Positions 39,132-50,486 are shown, counted from the first letter of the stretch. The stretch: 64,000 nt of DNA from Nitrososphaerota archaeon (GCA_009903795.1 WYER01000033.1:23001-87000); one strand, 5' to 3'. Program-made: numbers and translations. Notes: a model not told the origin generated them from the sequence alone.

Positions 39132-40297
39132 GCACCATCGAAGATATGAGAATGTTAAACACATTTCAAAGATATGGAATAAAAGTAGTAAGGGGAGAAG
39201 GCGTTTATGTTTGGGACGATAAGGGCAAAAAATACCTTGACTTTATGCAAGGATTTGGCGTGGGCATACTTGGACATAAAAATCAAGCAGTAATTCAAGC
39301 AATATACGATCAATTAAACAGCCTGGATATATGTCATGGGTCTCTTTACAATGATGCTAGAGAAAGATTCTTAGAAGAATTTTTTAAAATAGCTCCAAAA
39401 TCTTTAAGCAAAGCGTTTTTGAGTAACAGTGGAGCTGAATCTGTTGAACTAGCGTTAAAGCTTGCAAGAAAATATACAGGTAAAAAAGGGTTTATATCTT
39501 TTACAGGCGCTTATCACGGAAAAACTTTTGGCGCTTTATCTGTAACTTATTCTGAAAAATATAAAGAAGGGTTCGGGCCTTTGCTTGAGCCCGTAAGATT
39601 CTTAAAGTATGGTGATGTTGAAGCTATAAATTCAGCCGATTTTAATGACATAGCTGGTGTTATAGTTGAACCTATTCAAGGCGAAGCTGGGATTATTATC
39701 CCCCCAGATGACTTTTTACCTACACTTAGAGAGGTTACTGAGAAAAAGGGGGTTCTGCTTATTATAGATGAAATTCAATCTGGGATGGGTAGAACTGGAA
39801 AGTGGTGGGCACATCAGCACTGGAACATAGAACCCGACATAATGACAGCTGGTAAAGGCATAGGCGGTGGTATACCGATGGGAGTAACCGCTGTAAAGGA
39901 GGAAATAGCTTCCGTTATAAAAGTGGGAGAACACAGCAGCACTATGGGGGGCAATCCTATAGCATCGGCTGCAGGCGCAGCTACTATAAAAGAGGTAAGG
40001 AAGCTAATAGACGATATACCAACAAAGGGAGAAATGTTTGTTAAAGGCTTAAAAAACATCCAGAGCAAGGCAGTTAAAGATGTAAGAGGGAAAGGGCTTA
40101 TGATAGCATTAGACCTAAGATTTAGGTTTAAAGATGTTCTTTTTGCTCAGTTGAATAATGGGCTGATTTCGCTTTATTCAGGCCTTACTGTTCTAAGGTA
40201 TCTTCCGCCCTACATAATAAGTTACAAAGATATAAACGATGCAATAGCAATAATCGAAAAAAGTCTTATGGAAATCGATAGCAAGAGGTTTGTTTAG
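39128..40297 (+). CDS. lysJ: LysW-semialdehyde aminotransferase (LysJ/ArgD)
   Basis: NSGAE, EPIQGEAG, DEIQSGMGRTG, class III PLP Lys in TAGK. Confidence 0.92.
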   Translation: MSTIEDMRMLNTFQRYGIKVVRGEGVYVWDDKGKKYLDFMQGFGVGILGHKNQAVIQAIYDQLNSLDICHGSLYNDARERFLEEFFKIAPKSLSKAFLSNSGAESVELALKLARKYTGKKGFISFTGAYHGKTFGALSVTYSEKYKEGFGPLLEPVRFLKYGDVEAINSADFNDIAGVIVEPIQGEAGIIIPPDDFLPTLREVTEKKGVLLIIDEIQSGMGRTGKWWAHQHWNIEPDIMTAGKGIGGGIPMGVTAVKEEIASVIKVGEHSSTMGGNPIASAAGAATIKEVRKLIDDIPTKGEMFVKGLKNIQSKAVKDVRGKGLMIALDLRFRFKDVLFAQLNNGLISLYSGLTVLRYLPPYIISYKDINDAIAIIEKSLMEIDSKRFV

Positions 40298-40332
40298 AAA
40301 TTTTTTTAAGCTTAACATCACGAGATAATGAT

Positions 40333-40743
40333 ATGGATGAAATAGATTTAAAGTTGTTAGAACTTCTTAAAGAGGACGGAAGAGCTTCTTACATAGATTT
40401 GGGAAAACAGTTGAACCTTTCGGAAGCAGCTGTTAGGAGAAGGGTGAAAAAGCTAGTTGAAGATGGAGTGATAAAAAAGTTTACAATCGAAATAAAAGAA
40501 AGAGAAAGAGCAATGGCTATAACTTTACTTTCAACTTCACCTAACATTCCAACTTATGAAGTTGCTTCTAACATATCGAAAATAAAGGGTGTAGAAAAAG
40601 TTTACGAAATTACAGGCCAGTACGATATAGCGGTTTTGATTTCTGCGCCGAGTATAGCAGAAGTAAACAAAGTTATTGACGAAATTAGGAAAGCTGAGGG
40701 CGTAATCAATACTAATACCGTCATAATTCTTAGAGAGCTTTAA
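40333..40743 (+). CDS. lysM: Lrp/AsnC-family regulator (LysM-like)
   Basis: Lrp HTH (LSEAAVRRRV) plus RAM domain, located inside the lys/arg cluster. Confidence 0.82.
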   Translation: MDEIDLKLLELLKEDGRASYIDLGKQLNLSEAAVRRRVKKLVEDGVIKKFTIEIKERERAMAITLLSTSPNIPTYEVASNISKIKGVEKVYEITGQYDIAVLISAPSIAEVNKVIDEIRKAEGVINTNTVIILREL

Positions 40744-40790
40744 TATTTTTTTACGAAAAGCGTTATAAATTAAATTGTTATAACCCAGGT

Positions 40791-41984
40791 ATGCATGAAG
40801 AACAGCAGGATTTAGAAGAAAGTTTAGGTTTTGCCCAGATATATAACGGAGGGTTTTTTAATAAAAAGGTAAAGATACTTGACTCAACGCTAAGAGAAGG
40901 CGAGCAGGCACCAGGCATCGCTTTTACTAAAAGACAGAGGCTTCAAATAGGGTGGATGCTGGATTATTTAGGAGTAAACTCTATCGAAATTTCTCCTATA
41001 GTCTCAGAATCTCATTTTGAGTCATGTAAAGAATTAATAAAAGCAAAGCTGACTGCAACGATAGTAGCTCATGGAAGAGCTTTAAAAGAAGACGTAGATA
41101 CCGCGTTAAGGTGCGACGCTAACTTTTATGCAATGTACCATTCTGTATCTGATATACACTTAAAATATAAACTAAAAGTTACTCGCGAAGAAGCTCTTCA
41201 AAGAACACTTTCAGTTCTTGATTATGCAAAGTCTCATGGTTTGCAGGTAAGGGTTACGCTTGAAGATGCTAGCAGGGCAGATCCAACATACGTAAGGGAA
41301 TTCGCTAAAGCGCTTTATGAGGCAAACGTTGATAGAATAAGCGTTCCAGATACAGTTGGCGCTATGAAACCTAGCGGTATGTACAGACTAGTAAAAAACG
41401 TAAAAGAAGCGGCGCCTGTTCCTATCGATGTTCATTGCCACAACGATTTGGGGCTTTCTCTTGCAAACGCCTTGGCTGGTTATGAAGCAGGCGCAGATCA
41501 AGTACACACAACTATAGGTGGAATAGGCGAACGAACAGGTATAACTGACCTTTCACAATTTGTAGTTGCGCTTTATGTGCTTTACGGCGTAAAGCTTGAT
41601 ATAAGATACGAAATGCTAAACGACTTGTATAAATTATTAGAAGAATACGTCAAATATAAAATACCTTCGAATCAGCCAGTCATGGGAGAAAACGCATACA
41701 AACATAAAGCGGGAACGCACATAGCAGCTATTTTGAATAATCCCATGGCCTATGAGCTGGTTAATCCTGAGTTCTTGGGAAAAAAGAGAAAAGTTGTCTT
41801 TAGTGAATTAATAGGTAAAAATGGTGCTTCGTTTTTGCTTAAGGTTCTTGGTATAGAAAACGACGAAACGCTTGCAAAAATGGTTGCAAAGGGATTTAAA
41901 AGTCTGCAGCTTGGCGATTTGTTTGAACTTGAATTGAACGATGAAATAAAAAAGAGGATAATTACTTTAGGTGAAAAAGAATGA
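40791..41984 (+). CDS. Homocitrate synthase (LeuA family)
   Basis: DSTLREGEQ, HCHND, GIGER, HKAGTH; lysine-cluster context. Confidence 0.85.
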   Translation: MHEEQQDLEESLGFAQIYNGGFFNKKVKILDSTLREGEQAPGIAFTKRQRLQIGWMLDYLGVNSIEISPIVSESHFESCKELIKAKLTATIVAHGRALKEDVDTALRCDANFYAMYHSVSDIHLKYKLKVTREEALQRTLSVLDYAKSHGLQVRVTLEDASRADPTYVREFAKALYEANVDRISVPDTVGAMKPSGMYRLVKNVKEAAPVPIDVHCHNDLGLSLANALAGYEAGADQVHTTIGGIGERTGITDLSQFVVALYVLYGVKLDIRYEMLNDLYKLLEEYVKYKIPSNQPVMGENAYKHKAGTHIAAILNNPMAYELVNPEFLGKKRKVVFSELIGKNGASFLLKVLGIENDETLAKMVAKGFKSLQLGDLFELELNDEIKKRIITLGEKE

Positions 41985-42829
41985 AAATAACGATTCTACA
42001 CGATTTGATCAGATGGGAAGAAAAGGCGCTTTATCAGGCTTCTCTAAAGAAAGGTCTTGACGTTAGCTTGATAGATATTAAGGACGAATTTTTTGATGTT
42101 ACAAAGGATTATGACAGCAAGTTTGGCGACGTAGCTTTACAGAGAGCAACAAGCTATTATAAAGGGCTTCACAGCGCAGCCATAATAGAAAGCTTGGGCG
42201 TTAAGGTCATAAACAGCTCTCAGGTCTTGATGATAACTGGTAACAAGTTGTTTACAACGCTTAAGCTAAAAGAAAACAATATAGCAACTCCAAGGACAAT
42301 CGTCGCATTTTCTCCAGAAAAAGCCATTGAAGCTTTTAAAGAGCTTGGGGAAAAAGCTGTAATAAAACCAGTTTTAGGGTCATGGGGAAGGATGGTTGCT
42401 TTGCTTGATAGTTATTATTCGGCAAAAGCTGTATTTGAAGAAAGAGAATATATGGAGCCTATATATCAAGTTTATTATTTACAGGAATTTGTAAAAAGAC
42501 CACCCAGGGATATAAGGGCATTCGTGGTTGGCGACCAGGTAATTGCTGCAATTTACAGACATCAGCCAAGTGGAGATTTCAGAACAAACACGGCTTTGGG
42601 AGGAAAAGCTGAAAATTGTCCTGTAACGAAAGAAATAGAAGATCTCGCGATAAAAGCAGCTAAGGCTATAGGAAATGGTGTTTATGGTGTTGACATGATG
42701 GAGACAGAAAAAGGCATAGTTGTCCATGAAGTAAACGGAACGGTTGAGTTCAAAAATTCAGTTTCCGTTACTGGTGTTGATATACCTGCGAAAATCATTG
42801 ATTTTGCTATAGAGGTAGCAAAAAGGTGA
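41981..42829 (+). CDS. lysX: LysW-alpha-aminoadipate ligase
   Basis: KPVLGSWGR, RTNTA and EFKNS LysX-type signature. Confidence 0.85.
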   Translation: MKITILHDLIRWEEKALYQASLKKGLDVSLIDIKDEFFDVTKDYDSKFGDVALQRATSYYKGLHSAAIIESLGVKVINSSQVLMITGNKLFTTLKLKENNIATPRTIVAFSPEKAIEAFKELGEKAVIKPVLGSWGRMVALLDSYYSAKAVFEEREYMEPIYQVYYLQEFVKRPPRDIRAFVVGDQVIAAIYRHQPSGDFRTNTALGGKAENCPVTKEIEDLAIKAAKAIGNGVYGVDMMETEKGIVVHEVNGTVEFKNSVSVTGVDIPAKIIDFAIEVAKR

Positions 42830-43899
42830 ACTATCAGGACCCAGTTGCTTTTTTGTTAGAAATTTTGAAAATTTATTCGCCTTCAACTAAAGAGTCTCAG
42901 GTTTCTAATTTTATCTATAATTACTTAAAAAATTTAAACTCTAATGACGTCTATCAGGACAACGCTAACAACGTTATACTAAAAGTAAAAGAAGGTTCTC
43001 CAAAAATTTACATGATTGGTCATATGGATACTGTGCCTGGGGAACTACCGGTTTTTTATGACGGAAAAAACATTTACGGGAGAGGAGCTGTAGACGCTAA
43101 ATCTGCCCTTTCTGTATTGCTTCATGCAGCTTTAAACCTTAAAGATCTTCCATGTGGAATAAAGTTCATAGCGGTTACTGACGAGGAGCGGTTGAGCGAA
43201 GGCATGAAGGAAATACTTAAGCACGAAGAAAAACCTGATTACTCAATATTTGGCGAGCCTACAGGTATAAACAACGTAGCAATCAGCTATAAAGGAAGAC
43301 TGCTGGTAAAGCTTTATTTCAAAACTAATCCATACCACTCCTCTTCTCCTTTAGAAGAAAAAACAGCTTTTGAACTGATGATTGAAGAAATAAACAATAT
43401 TCAGAATAAGGTAAGAGGGCTTAACGAAAACGTTACTTCGTACTTTGACAGCGTTACAGCACAAGTTGTTAAATGCGGTTGTGGCGATTCTACAAACAAA
43501 ACGCCAGCAGAAGCTTTTACTTATATAGATATAAGGGTTCCACCAAGGTTTAACACGTTTGATCTTGAAAGGATTTTATTACACGGACAGTACTTTGTAG
43601 AGGACAGGCTAGAGCCTTTTAGCACGTCACCGTCAAACGAGTTACCGCGCGCTTTTTTTAGAGGAATATATAGCGTTTTAAAAGAAAAAGCTACATTTGT
43701 AAAAAAGCTTGGAACTTGTGATGGAAACGTATTAAGGTCATACTATGACATTCCAATAATAGCGTATGGGCCTGGGGATTCAAAGCTTTCTCATACAGAC
43801 CAAGAAAGGATTTCTGTAAGTGAGTATTTAACTGCAATAAAAGTTGTGGAAAGGTCGATCAGAGAGTTATGCAAAAATCGTCAGAAAAATATTAATTAA
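42826..43899 (+). CDS. lysK: LysW-lysine/ornithine hydrolase (LysK/ArgE, M20)
   Basis: GHMDTVPG, GRGAVDAK, DEE, GEP, YGPGDS...H. Confidence 0.92.
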   Translation: MNYQDPVAFLLEILKIYSPSTKESQVSNFIYNYLKNLNSNDVYQDNANNVILKVKEGSPKIYMIGHMDTVPGELPVFYDGKNIYGRGAVDAKSALSVLLHAALNLKDLPCGIKFIAVTDEERLSEGMKEILKHEEKPDYSIFGEPTGINNVAISYKGRLLVKLYFKTNPYHSSSPLEEKTAFELMIEEINNIQNKVRGLNENVTSYFDSVTAQVVKCGCGDSTNKTPAEAFTYIDIRVPPRFNTFDLERILLHGQYFVEDRLEPFSTSPSNELPRAFFRGIYSVLKEKATFVKKLGTCDGNVLRSYYDIPIIAYGPGDSKLSHTDQERISVSEYLTAIKVVERSIRELCKNRQKNIN

Positions 43900-43922
43900 T
43901 AGCAAGCCCTTTATGAAAAGGC

Positions 43923-44557
43923 TTGGACATAAAAGTGGCTTTTTTTGACATGGATGGCACTTTAATAAAAGAAAATTCATGGGATCTCATATACAAAAGT
44001 ATAGGATTAGGAACATCGCCATATCTAAAAGATTACCTTGAAGGTAAAATATCATACAAAAGGCTTGTAGAGCTTGACATTGAATACTGGAAAATAAATA
44101 GCAAAGAAGTAAAAAGAAGCACTATAGAACAGCTAGCAAAAAAAGTTTCAATAAGGGAAGATGCTCGCATCACTGCAAACATACTAAAAAATACGGCGTA
44201 AAACTTGTTATGGTTACGGCAGGTCTTTATGAGTTTGCAGGGCGTGTCGGAAGAGAACTGGGATTTGATCATATTTACGCTAATAAATTTTTATACGATA
44301 AAAATGGCCTTATAAGGGACGTTATAATAGAAGTGGAACCTTTGCATAAATATAAATTAATAGAAAAATACCTTGATGAAAATGGTCTTGAAGCAAACAA
44401 CGCAATTTCTGTAGGAGATACATTATATGATGAAAGCATGTTCAAGGCTACAGCTTACGGCTTTTTACTTGACGAAAAAGACGAGACCAATGTTAATGGA
44501 AAAGAGTACAAGATAAAAAGTCTCGTACAGCTTTTACAACATATAGGTATAGATTAA
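43923..44557 (+). pseudogene. HAD-IB phosphatase (phosphoserine phosphatase-like), split by a 1-nt frameshift
   Basis: FFDMDGTL in the first ORF; VTAG, YAN and VGD..YD in the second; adding one A to the A6 run at 44186-91 joins them. Confidence 0.75.
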
Positions 44558-45435
44558 GAACTTTGAGCTTTAGAAAGAATTTCATAGAGTTTTATTAAAG
44601 CCTGTATTCCTTTTTCTCCATAACCAAGGTTTTCTGTAGAAATTAGCATCTGATATATTAAAGAAGTCGCAAATAGCGGCGTACCATTTTTCTTAGCCTC
44701 ATTAAGGGCGTACCCAATGTCTTTTCTTAGATGTGAAAGCTTAAAACCTGGTTCTAGGTCTCCCCTCATAAGCCTTGGCATATAAGATTCTATTGTAAAA
44801 GAACGCGCTCCACCTGTACTTAACACTTTGTATACCTGTTCTATATCTAAATTAAAAGACTTAGCAAGTTCTATAGCTTCTATCATTGCTAGATCTGAAA
44901 GCGCCACAGCTATCTGGTTTACAAGTTTCATTTTTTGGCCTGAGCCTGTGGTGCCAGCATAAATTATCATTTTACCCATGCTCTCAAAGACAGGTTTAAC
45001 CTTCTCAAAAATTTCTTTCTTTCCGCCTATCATTATAGTTAGTTTGCCTTCTCTAGCTCCAACATCGCCGCCTGTCACAGGAGCGTCAAGAAATTCAACA
45101 TCGTGTTCTGCTAATTTTTTTGCAAATTTCTCAGCATATTCTGGAGAATTTGTACTCATATCCACAACTATAAGTCCTTTATGAGCACCAAAAACAACGC
45201 CATCTTTTCCAAAAAGAACGCTTTCTACGTCTGGAGCGTCTGTAACCATTATTATTACTACCTCGCTTTTTTCTGCAACTTCTTTAGGTGTTTTTGCAAC
45301 TGGAACGCCAGCATCTTTAAAGATTTTTGTTTTAGACTCTGTCCTGTTATAAACTATAAGTTCGTGTCCTGCTTTAAAAATGTTGTATGCCATTGAAGAG
45401 CCCATGATGCCAAGCCCAATAAATCCAACTTTCAT
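44554..45435 (-). CDS. NAD(P)-dependent beta-hydroxyacid dehydrogenase (HIBADH/GarR family)
   Basis: GFIGLGIMG, DAPVTGG, GSGQKMKLVNQ, F.L....KD. Confidence 0.9.
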   Translation of the reverse strand: MKVGFIGLGIMGSSMAYNIFKAGHELIVYNRTESKTKIFKDAGVPVAKTPKEVAEKSEVVIIMVTDAPDVESVLFGKDGVVFGAHKGLIVVDMSTNSPEYAEKFAKKLAEHDVEFLDAPVTGGDVGAREGKLTIMIGGKKEIFEKVKPVFESMGKMIIYAGTTGSGQKMKLVNQIAVALSDLAMIEAIELAKSFNLDIEQVYKVLSTGGARSFTIESYMPRLMRGDLEPGFKLSHLRKDIGYALNEAKKNGTPLFATSLIYQMLISTENLGYGEKGIQALIKLYEILSKAQSS

Positions 45436-45556
45436 GACAAGTAATAAGTGACCAAGTTTATTTAGCTTTGCTGTGTAAATTTATAAAAAGTATAGTTAAA
45501 TTGGCCCTCTTTGTAAATAAAGTTTATAAACTACAAATGTAATTGATAATAACATA

Positions 45557-46801
45557 ATGACTATAATGGTTTTCGGCGCTGACGGCTATATAGGATGGCC
45601 TCTGTCTGTAAGGCTTGCAAAAGAGCTTAATGAGGAAATTATAGGAATCGACAACTTAATTACAAGAAAACTAGTTGAAGAAGTAGGAGGTACTAGTGCT
45701 CTGCCTATTCTTACACCAGAAGAAAGGGTAAAAGCTTACGAAAAAACTTATGGTAAAAGCAATTTAAAGTTTATAATAGGCGATTTAACAGATTATGAGT
45801 TTGTAGACAAACTTATAGAAAAATACAAGCCTCACACAGTTTATCACTTGGCACAACAAAGAAGCGCCCCTTATTCTATGATCGATGTTTATCACGCGGC
45901 ATATACTCAAGTTAATAACGTGCTGACAAATCTTAATCTTATTTTTGCTATAAAGAAGCATTCACCAAAAACTCACATAATCAAGATGGGTACTATGGGT
46001 GAATATGGAACGCCAAGCTACAGAATAGAGGAAGGATGGATGAACGTGCAGTACAAAGGTAAAAAGTACAGAATCATGATACCAAGAGATCCTGGATCCT
46101 GGTATCATGTGAGTAAAGTATTTGATACTTACAACATAATTTTTGCAAACAAAATCTGGGGAATTAGGGCTACAGATGTTCAGCAAGGCGTCGTGTACGG
46201 AAGCAGGACAGATGACTTAGTTAACAATGAGCTTAATACAAGGCTTGATTTTGACGGTGTGTGGGGGACTGTAATAAACAAATATTTTGCACAAATAATT
46301 GCCTTTAACAAAATCCTCATCTACGGCACTGGTCTAATGAAACGTAGCTTTTTATCACTGCAAGATAGCATTGATTGTCTTTTCCTCTTAGGTCAGAAAC
46401 CCGCAGATGAAGGTGAATATCGCGTTGTAAATCAGATGGAGGAAATATATAGCACAATAGAACTGGCAAAAAAGGCAAAAAAGATAGTCTCAAAGTATGG
46501 TTTTGATCCAGAATTCGTCAGGATACCAGACCCAAGAGTTGAAAAGCAGAGGCATAAATACTCGGTTTCTCACAGAACGTTAAAAAAGTTAGGTTTTAAA
46601 CCAAAATATTCGATGGACCAAGTAATGGAAGTTATATTTAATGACCTCTTAAGTAATCAAGAAATAGTTAAAGCTCATGCTGATGCTATATGGCCTCGTG
46701 TCTATTGGGATAAATTAAACGAAGAAAACAAACAGGTTTATCTTAATGCTATAAATAAAAACTTAGTTAGCAGATCCAAATCTTATATCAATAATACATA
46801 A
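45557..46801 (+). CDS. agl3: UDP-sulfoquinovose synthase (SqdB/Agl3)
   Basis: GADGYIGW, QRSAPYSM, GTMGEYGTP, PGSWYHVSK, QGVVYG. Confidence 0.92.
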   Translation: MTIMVFGADGYIGWPLSVRLAKELNEEIIGIDNLITRKLVEEVGGTSALPILTPEERVKAYEKTYGKSNLKFIIGDLTDYEFVDKLIEKYKPHTVYHLAQQRSAPYSMIDVYHAAYTQVNNVLTNLNLIFAIKKHSPKTHIIKMGTMGEYGTPSYRIEEGWMNVQYKGKKYRIMIPRDPGSWYHVSKVFDTYNIIFANKIWGIRATDVQQGVVYGSRTDDLVNNELNTRLDFDGVWGTVINKYFAQIIAFNKILIYGTGLMKRSFLSLQDSIDCLFLLGQKPADEGEYRVVNQMEEIYSTIELAKKAKKIVSKYGFDPEFVRIPDPRVEKQRHKYSVSHRTLKKLGFKPKYSMDQVMEVIFNDLLSNQEIVKAHADAIWPRVYWDKLNEENKQVYLNAINKNLVSRSKSYINNT

Positions 46802-46931
46802 AAATAATAAGAGTATATAAAATTTTTAAATTTTCTGGTATAAGCCTGGGAGTTTATTTATATAAGGTAAACCTGTATTTTTAAAGCATTCATCTTTTTA
46901 CCAGCGACCACGTCAGTTAGGGCGAAGTAGT

Positions 46932-47894
46932 TTACAATGATCCAAACATTATAAACAATATAGTTATAATGACAAAAGATATCACATAAACAATCTTCCT
47001 TCCTTTTGAAAGAGGTGATACAGAATCTAGAAGTTCAATTTTATGAACGTTTTGTACAAATATTACAGCAAGAGCAAACAAAAAATAACCTAAAAAGCTC
47101 ATTATTATAATGCTAATTAAATCCAAGACCAAAGAGCTTTTTTCTAGGCTTGATATCAAAAACCCTCCGTCCACGCTTGTTGCAGGCAGGAAGTTAATAA
47201 AAAGAATAGTTATTCCTACTGTTGAGCCTTCTAAAAATAGATTTTTGTTGTTAAAAATTCCGTTTAGAAATCCGTTTAAAAAAGGTTTTGTAAGCTGTTT
47301 TGAAAAGCTAATGTTTATCCTGAGACTAAAGATTAAAAAGGCGATAACGCCTAAAAGCGCTGCTAGATATGGATAAAAAGCTTCATCGAAAAGCGAATCT
47401 CTGTTTATCGTTGAATCCGTTCCAGTTGTTATAAATCCCATAAATGGTATTATTCCTGGGATTCCAGGAATTGAATAAGAGTTAAGATGCTTTTCCTTTT
47501 TTAAATATGAAATGATATATTTAGATGATTCATGAAGAACGAGCATAGCTAGTATAGGGGCTTCATAGGCTAGCATATATTCACTATAGCTACCAAATCT
47601 AAAATAACCGTCCATAATTATGCTTCCAAAAGAAGCTATTAGGAACAACACTCGATAAAAGCTGTTTTTAGGCGTTACTGAACTTTTTTTTACAACTTGC
47701 AATACGTAGTTAGAGCCGTGCTTTTCTAGCTTTGGTATATAGTTTGTTTCTTTAATGACGTTATAAAAGTTAGTAAAGGTTTTTTTAAAGTCAAAAGAGT
47801 CATGATCAATTACTTCAAACTCATAACCGTTTTCAATATGAAACTCATCTTTTACAATAAAATATTTATATACTAAGTTTTCTATTTCGTCCAT
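46932..47894 (-). CDS. Site-2 protease (M50)-like membrane protein, HExxH degenerate
   Basis: LHESSK, GIIPFMG, NFLPATSVDGG, multiple TM helices. Confidence 0.7.
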   Translation of the reverse strand: MDEIENLVYKYFIVKDEFHIENGYEFEVIDHDSFDFKKTFTNFYNVIKETNYIPKLEKHGSNYVLQVVKKSSVTPKNSFYRVLFLIASFGSIIMDGYFRFGSYSEYMLAYEAPILAMLVLHESSKYIISYLKKEKHLNSYSIPGIPGIIPFMGFITTGTDSTINRDSLFDEAFYPYLAALLGVIAFLIFSLRINISFSKQLTKPFLNGFLNGIFNNKNLFLEGSTVGITILFINFLPATSVDGGFLISSLEKSSLVLDLISIIIMSFLGYFLFALAVIFVQNVHKIELLDSVSPLSKGRKIVYVISFVIITILFIMFGSL

Positions 47895-48004
47895 TTTTCT
47901 CGTTGTAAAATATTACAAAATCCTGTTTAAAAGCTATTGTGCAATTTTCTATCTACTATTTTAATTTTTTAAATTTCTAACGTTTTAAAGCGAAATGAAT
48001 AATA

Positions 48005-48615
<611 letters not shown>

Positions 48616-49691
48616 TTTTTCTAACTTTTACAAAGTTAAGTTTTTCATATAATTTTATAGCTTCTTCGTTAGTTACTCTTACTTCTAAATAGACCTCTTG
48701 ACATCCTCTATTTTTCATTTTTTCAATTGCCGTCTGAAGCAAAGCAGTTCCTATACCTTTTCTTCTATGTTCGGGCAAAACCGCTATAGATACTACGTGT
48801 CCTTGTTTTACTATTGAAAAACCAAAATGTGAAAGTCCTCTTTCTATTCTATTCATTATATAACCTACTGCATTGCTATTCATCCAAGCAATAAGAAAGC
48901 CCTCAGGGAAATTTCTATAAACCTCAAGATAAAATTCAAAGGTATAATGTTCAGGAAGCGTCTTTTCGTTTATCTTTATTGCTTCCCAAATATCATCTTC
49001 GTTGGCTTCACGTATTTCATACTCTCCAATCTTTATCAATGCCTAATAATTTACTTGAATATATCTAATAAGCTTTTTTACTTAATACAACGATATTTGA
49101 TGACGTTTGACAAAAGCGAAAGATAAGAATATTTTTAACCTTACAAGAGTTAAGTCCCCTTCTAAGTTGATCAAAACTTATGTCTGATTTTATGATGAAA
49201 TTATTGCTTTAAAAGTTTTATAAGCGCTTTTTTTAAAAATAGCTTTGGTAAAGCAGTTTAATCAAATATGCTAAGTTCCAAAATTCCTTTAGTTTGTTAT
49301 CAATTGTAAGAGATGCGGTTGTAGAGTGATAACTCAATCTCATTTTTGTTTTGTTTCATTAACACCTTTATTAGATTGCAATGCGCATGTAGTGCCAACC
49401 CATGCCAATGATTACAGGTTTTCTGAACGCCTGAATATCTTTAATTTTATGACCTTCTTTTTTACTAATAAATTTAGGCCTTGCTACTTCAGTTTATTTA
49501 CTGTCAGCACAGGTTTAAAACAGGCATTCTTAATAAATTTTTCATATCTCATTAAATTACAAAGCGCTTTACCATTATTAGGTTCAAGATTGTGTTGTGT
49601 ATAGATTTCATAAAGGGCAAAATGCCTTTTGCAATAAAAAGTTTGATCTACTGGTAAGGATTGTTAGTAGGTGGTCAGGATAATAAATATC

Positions 49692-50366
49692 TCAAAGAGG
49701 ACCAGGGTTGCAAATGTTTAAATAAGGACACTTTTTGCATTCCCATTTTTTCCCTTCTTGGTAAGACTCAGGAGGAGGTGGCGAATTTATAGTTATATAA
49801 TAATCAAGCATAACTATTCTTTCATAAAGTTTTTTCATCATTTCGTCGTTTTTTATTACTTTAAATACTCTGATATTTCCATCTCTTTTATTCCAATAAA
49901 GTAAATATCCTTCATTAAAGTTCAAAGCCTGCATATAGGTATGTAATTGTAAAACATGGCTTTCGTACGGGTTATCAGGAATTTTACTAGCGCTTTTGAC
50001 TTCTATCAGATATTTTTTACCTTCTAAATCAGCTATTATAATATCCACTCGTCCACTTAACTTTATTTTATTTGTTATTTCAAGATTAATCTTAGCCTCA
50101 ATACTTTCTACATTGACTTTCTCTCCAAACGCCTTGACAACCAACTCATGAATGCCTTTTCCTGTCATAAAAATAACAAGCTCTTCAGAAGTTACCGACT
50201 CTCCAACTGTATAAATATAATATTGTTTTCTTAAACAAGAACCTATGTATGAAGGATAGTAAACTCCCTTTATAATCTGATGTTCTGATTTCTCCTTTTT
50301 CCACAAAGAATCTAAACCTTCTTTCAATATACGCTCAAGCTTTTCTTCTTCAGAATTTTTACTCAT
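49692..50366 (-). CDS. Stand-alone Cas4-like Fe-S nuclease
   Basis: C.R.QYY, G..IH, GRVD, EVKS, QL..Y, C-terminal CKKCPY..IC; no array or other cas genes in the window. Confidence 0.85.
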   Translation of the reverse strand: MSKNSEEEKLERILKEGLDSLWKKEKSEHQIIKGVYYPSYIGSCLRKQYYIYTVGESVTSEELVIFMTGKGIHELVVKAFGEKVNVESIEAKINLEITNKIKLSGRVDIIIADLEGKKYLIEVKSASKIPDNPYESHVLQLHTYMQALNFNEGYLLYWNKRDGNIRVFKVIKNDEMMKKLYERIVMLDYYITINSPPPPESYQEGKKWECKKCPYLNICNPGPL

Positions 50367-50486
50367 GCGATTAAAAATTTTTTGTGGAAGGCATTTATAA
50401 ATAGTGCTTTAAACTTAAAGCTGTTTTTACAAAAAGTTAGATTCTTTCAACAACTTCAGATAAAGCTATATTAAATTAATTATATT

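Noticed and set aside
44554-46801. Sulfoquinovose catabolic pair (dehydrogenase as sulfolactaldehyde reductase next to agl3)
   Set aside because: The dehydrogenase has generic DAPVTGG rather than the YihU-type GRT motif, and no other sulfoglycolysis genes are present
49040-49691. 650-bp gene-free stretch: the 92-aa plus-strand ORF, faint methyltransferase-like fragments on the minus strand, ATGATGA at 49192, or a possible replication origin
   Set aside because: The ORF looks non-coding, the fragments need several frameshifts, there is no properly ordered D box, and there are no ORB repeats or cdc6; needs BLASTx
49692-50366. CRISPR-Cas locus around the Cas4-like gene
   Set aside because: No repeat-spacer array and no cas1/cas2 or effector genes seen anywhere in the window
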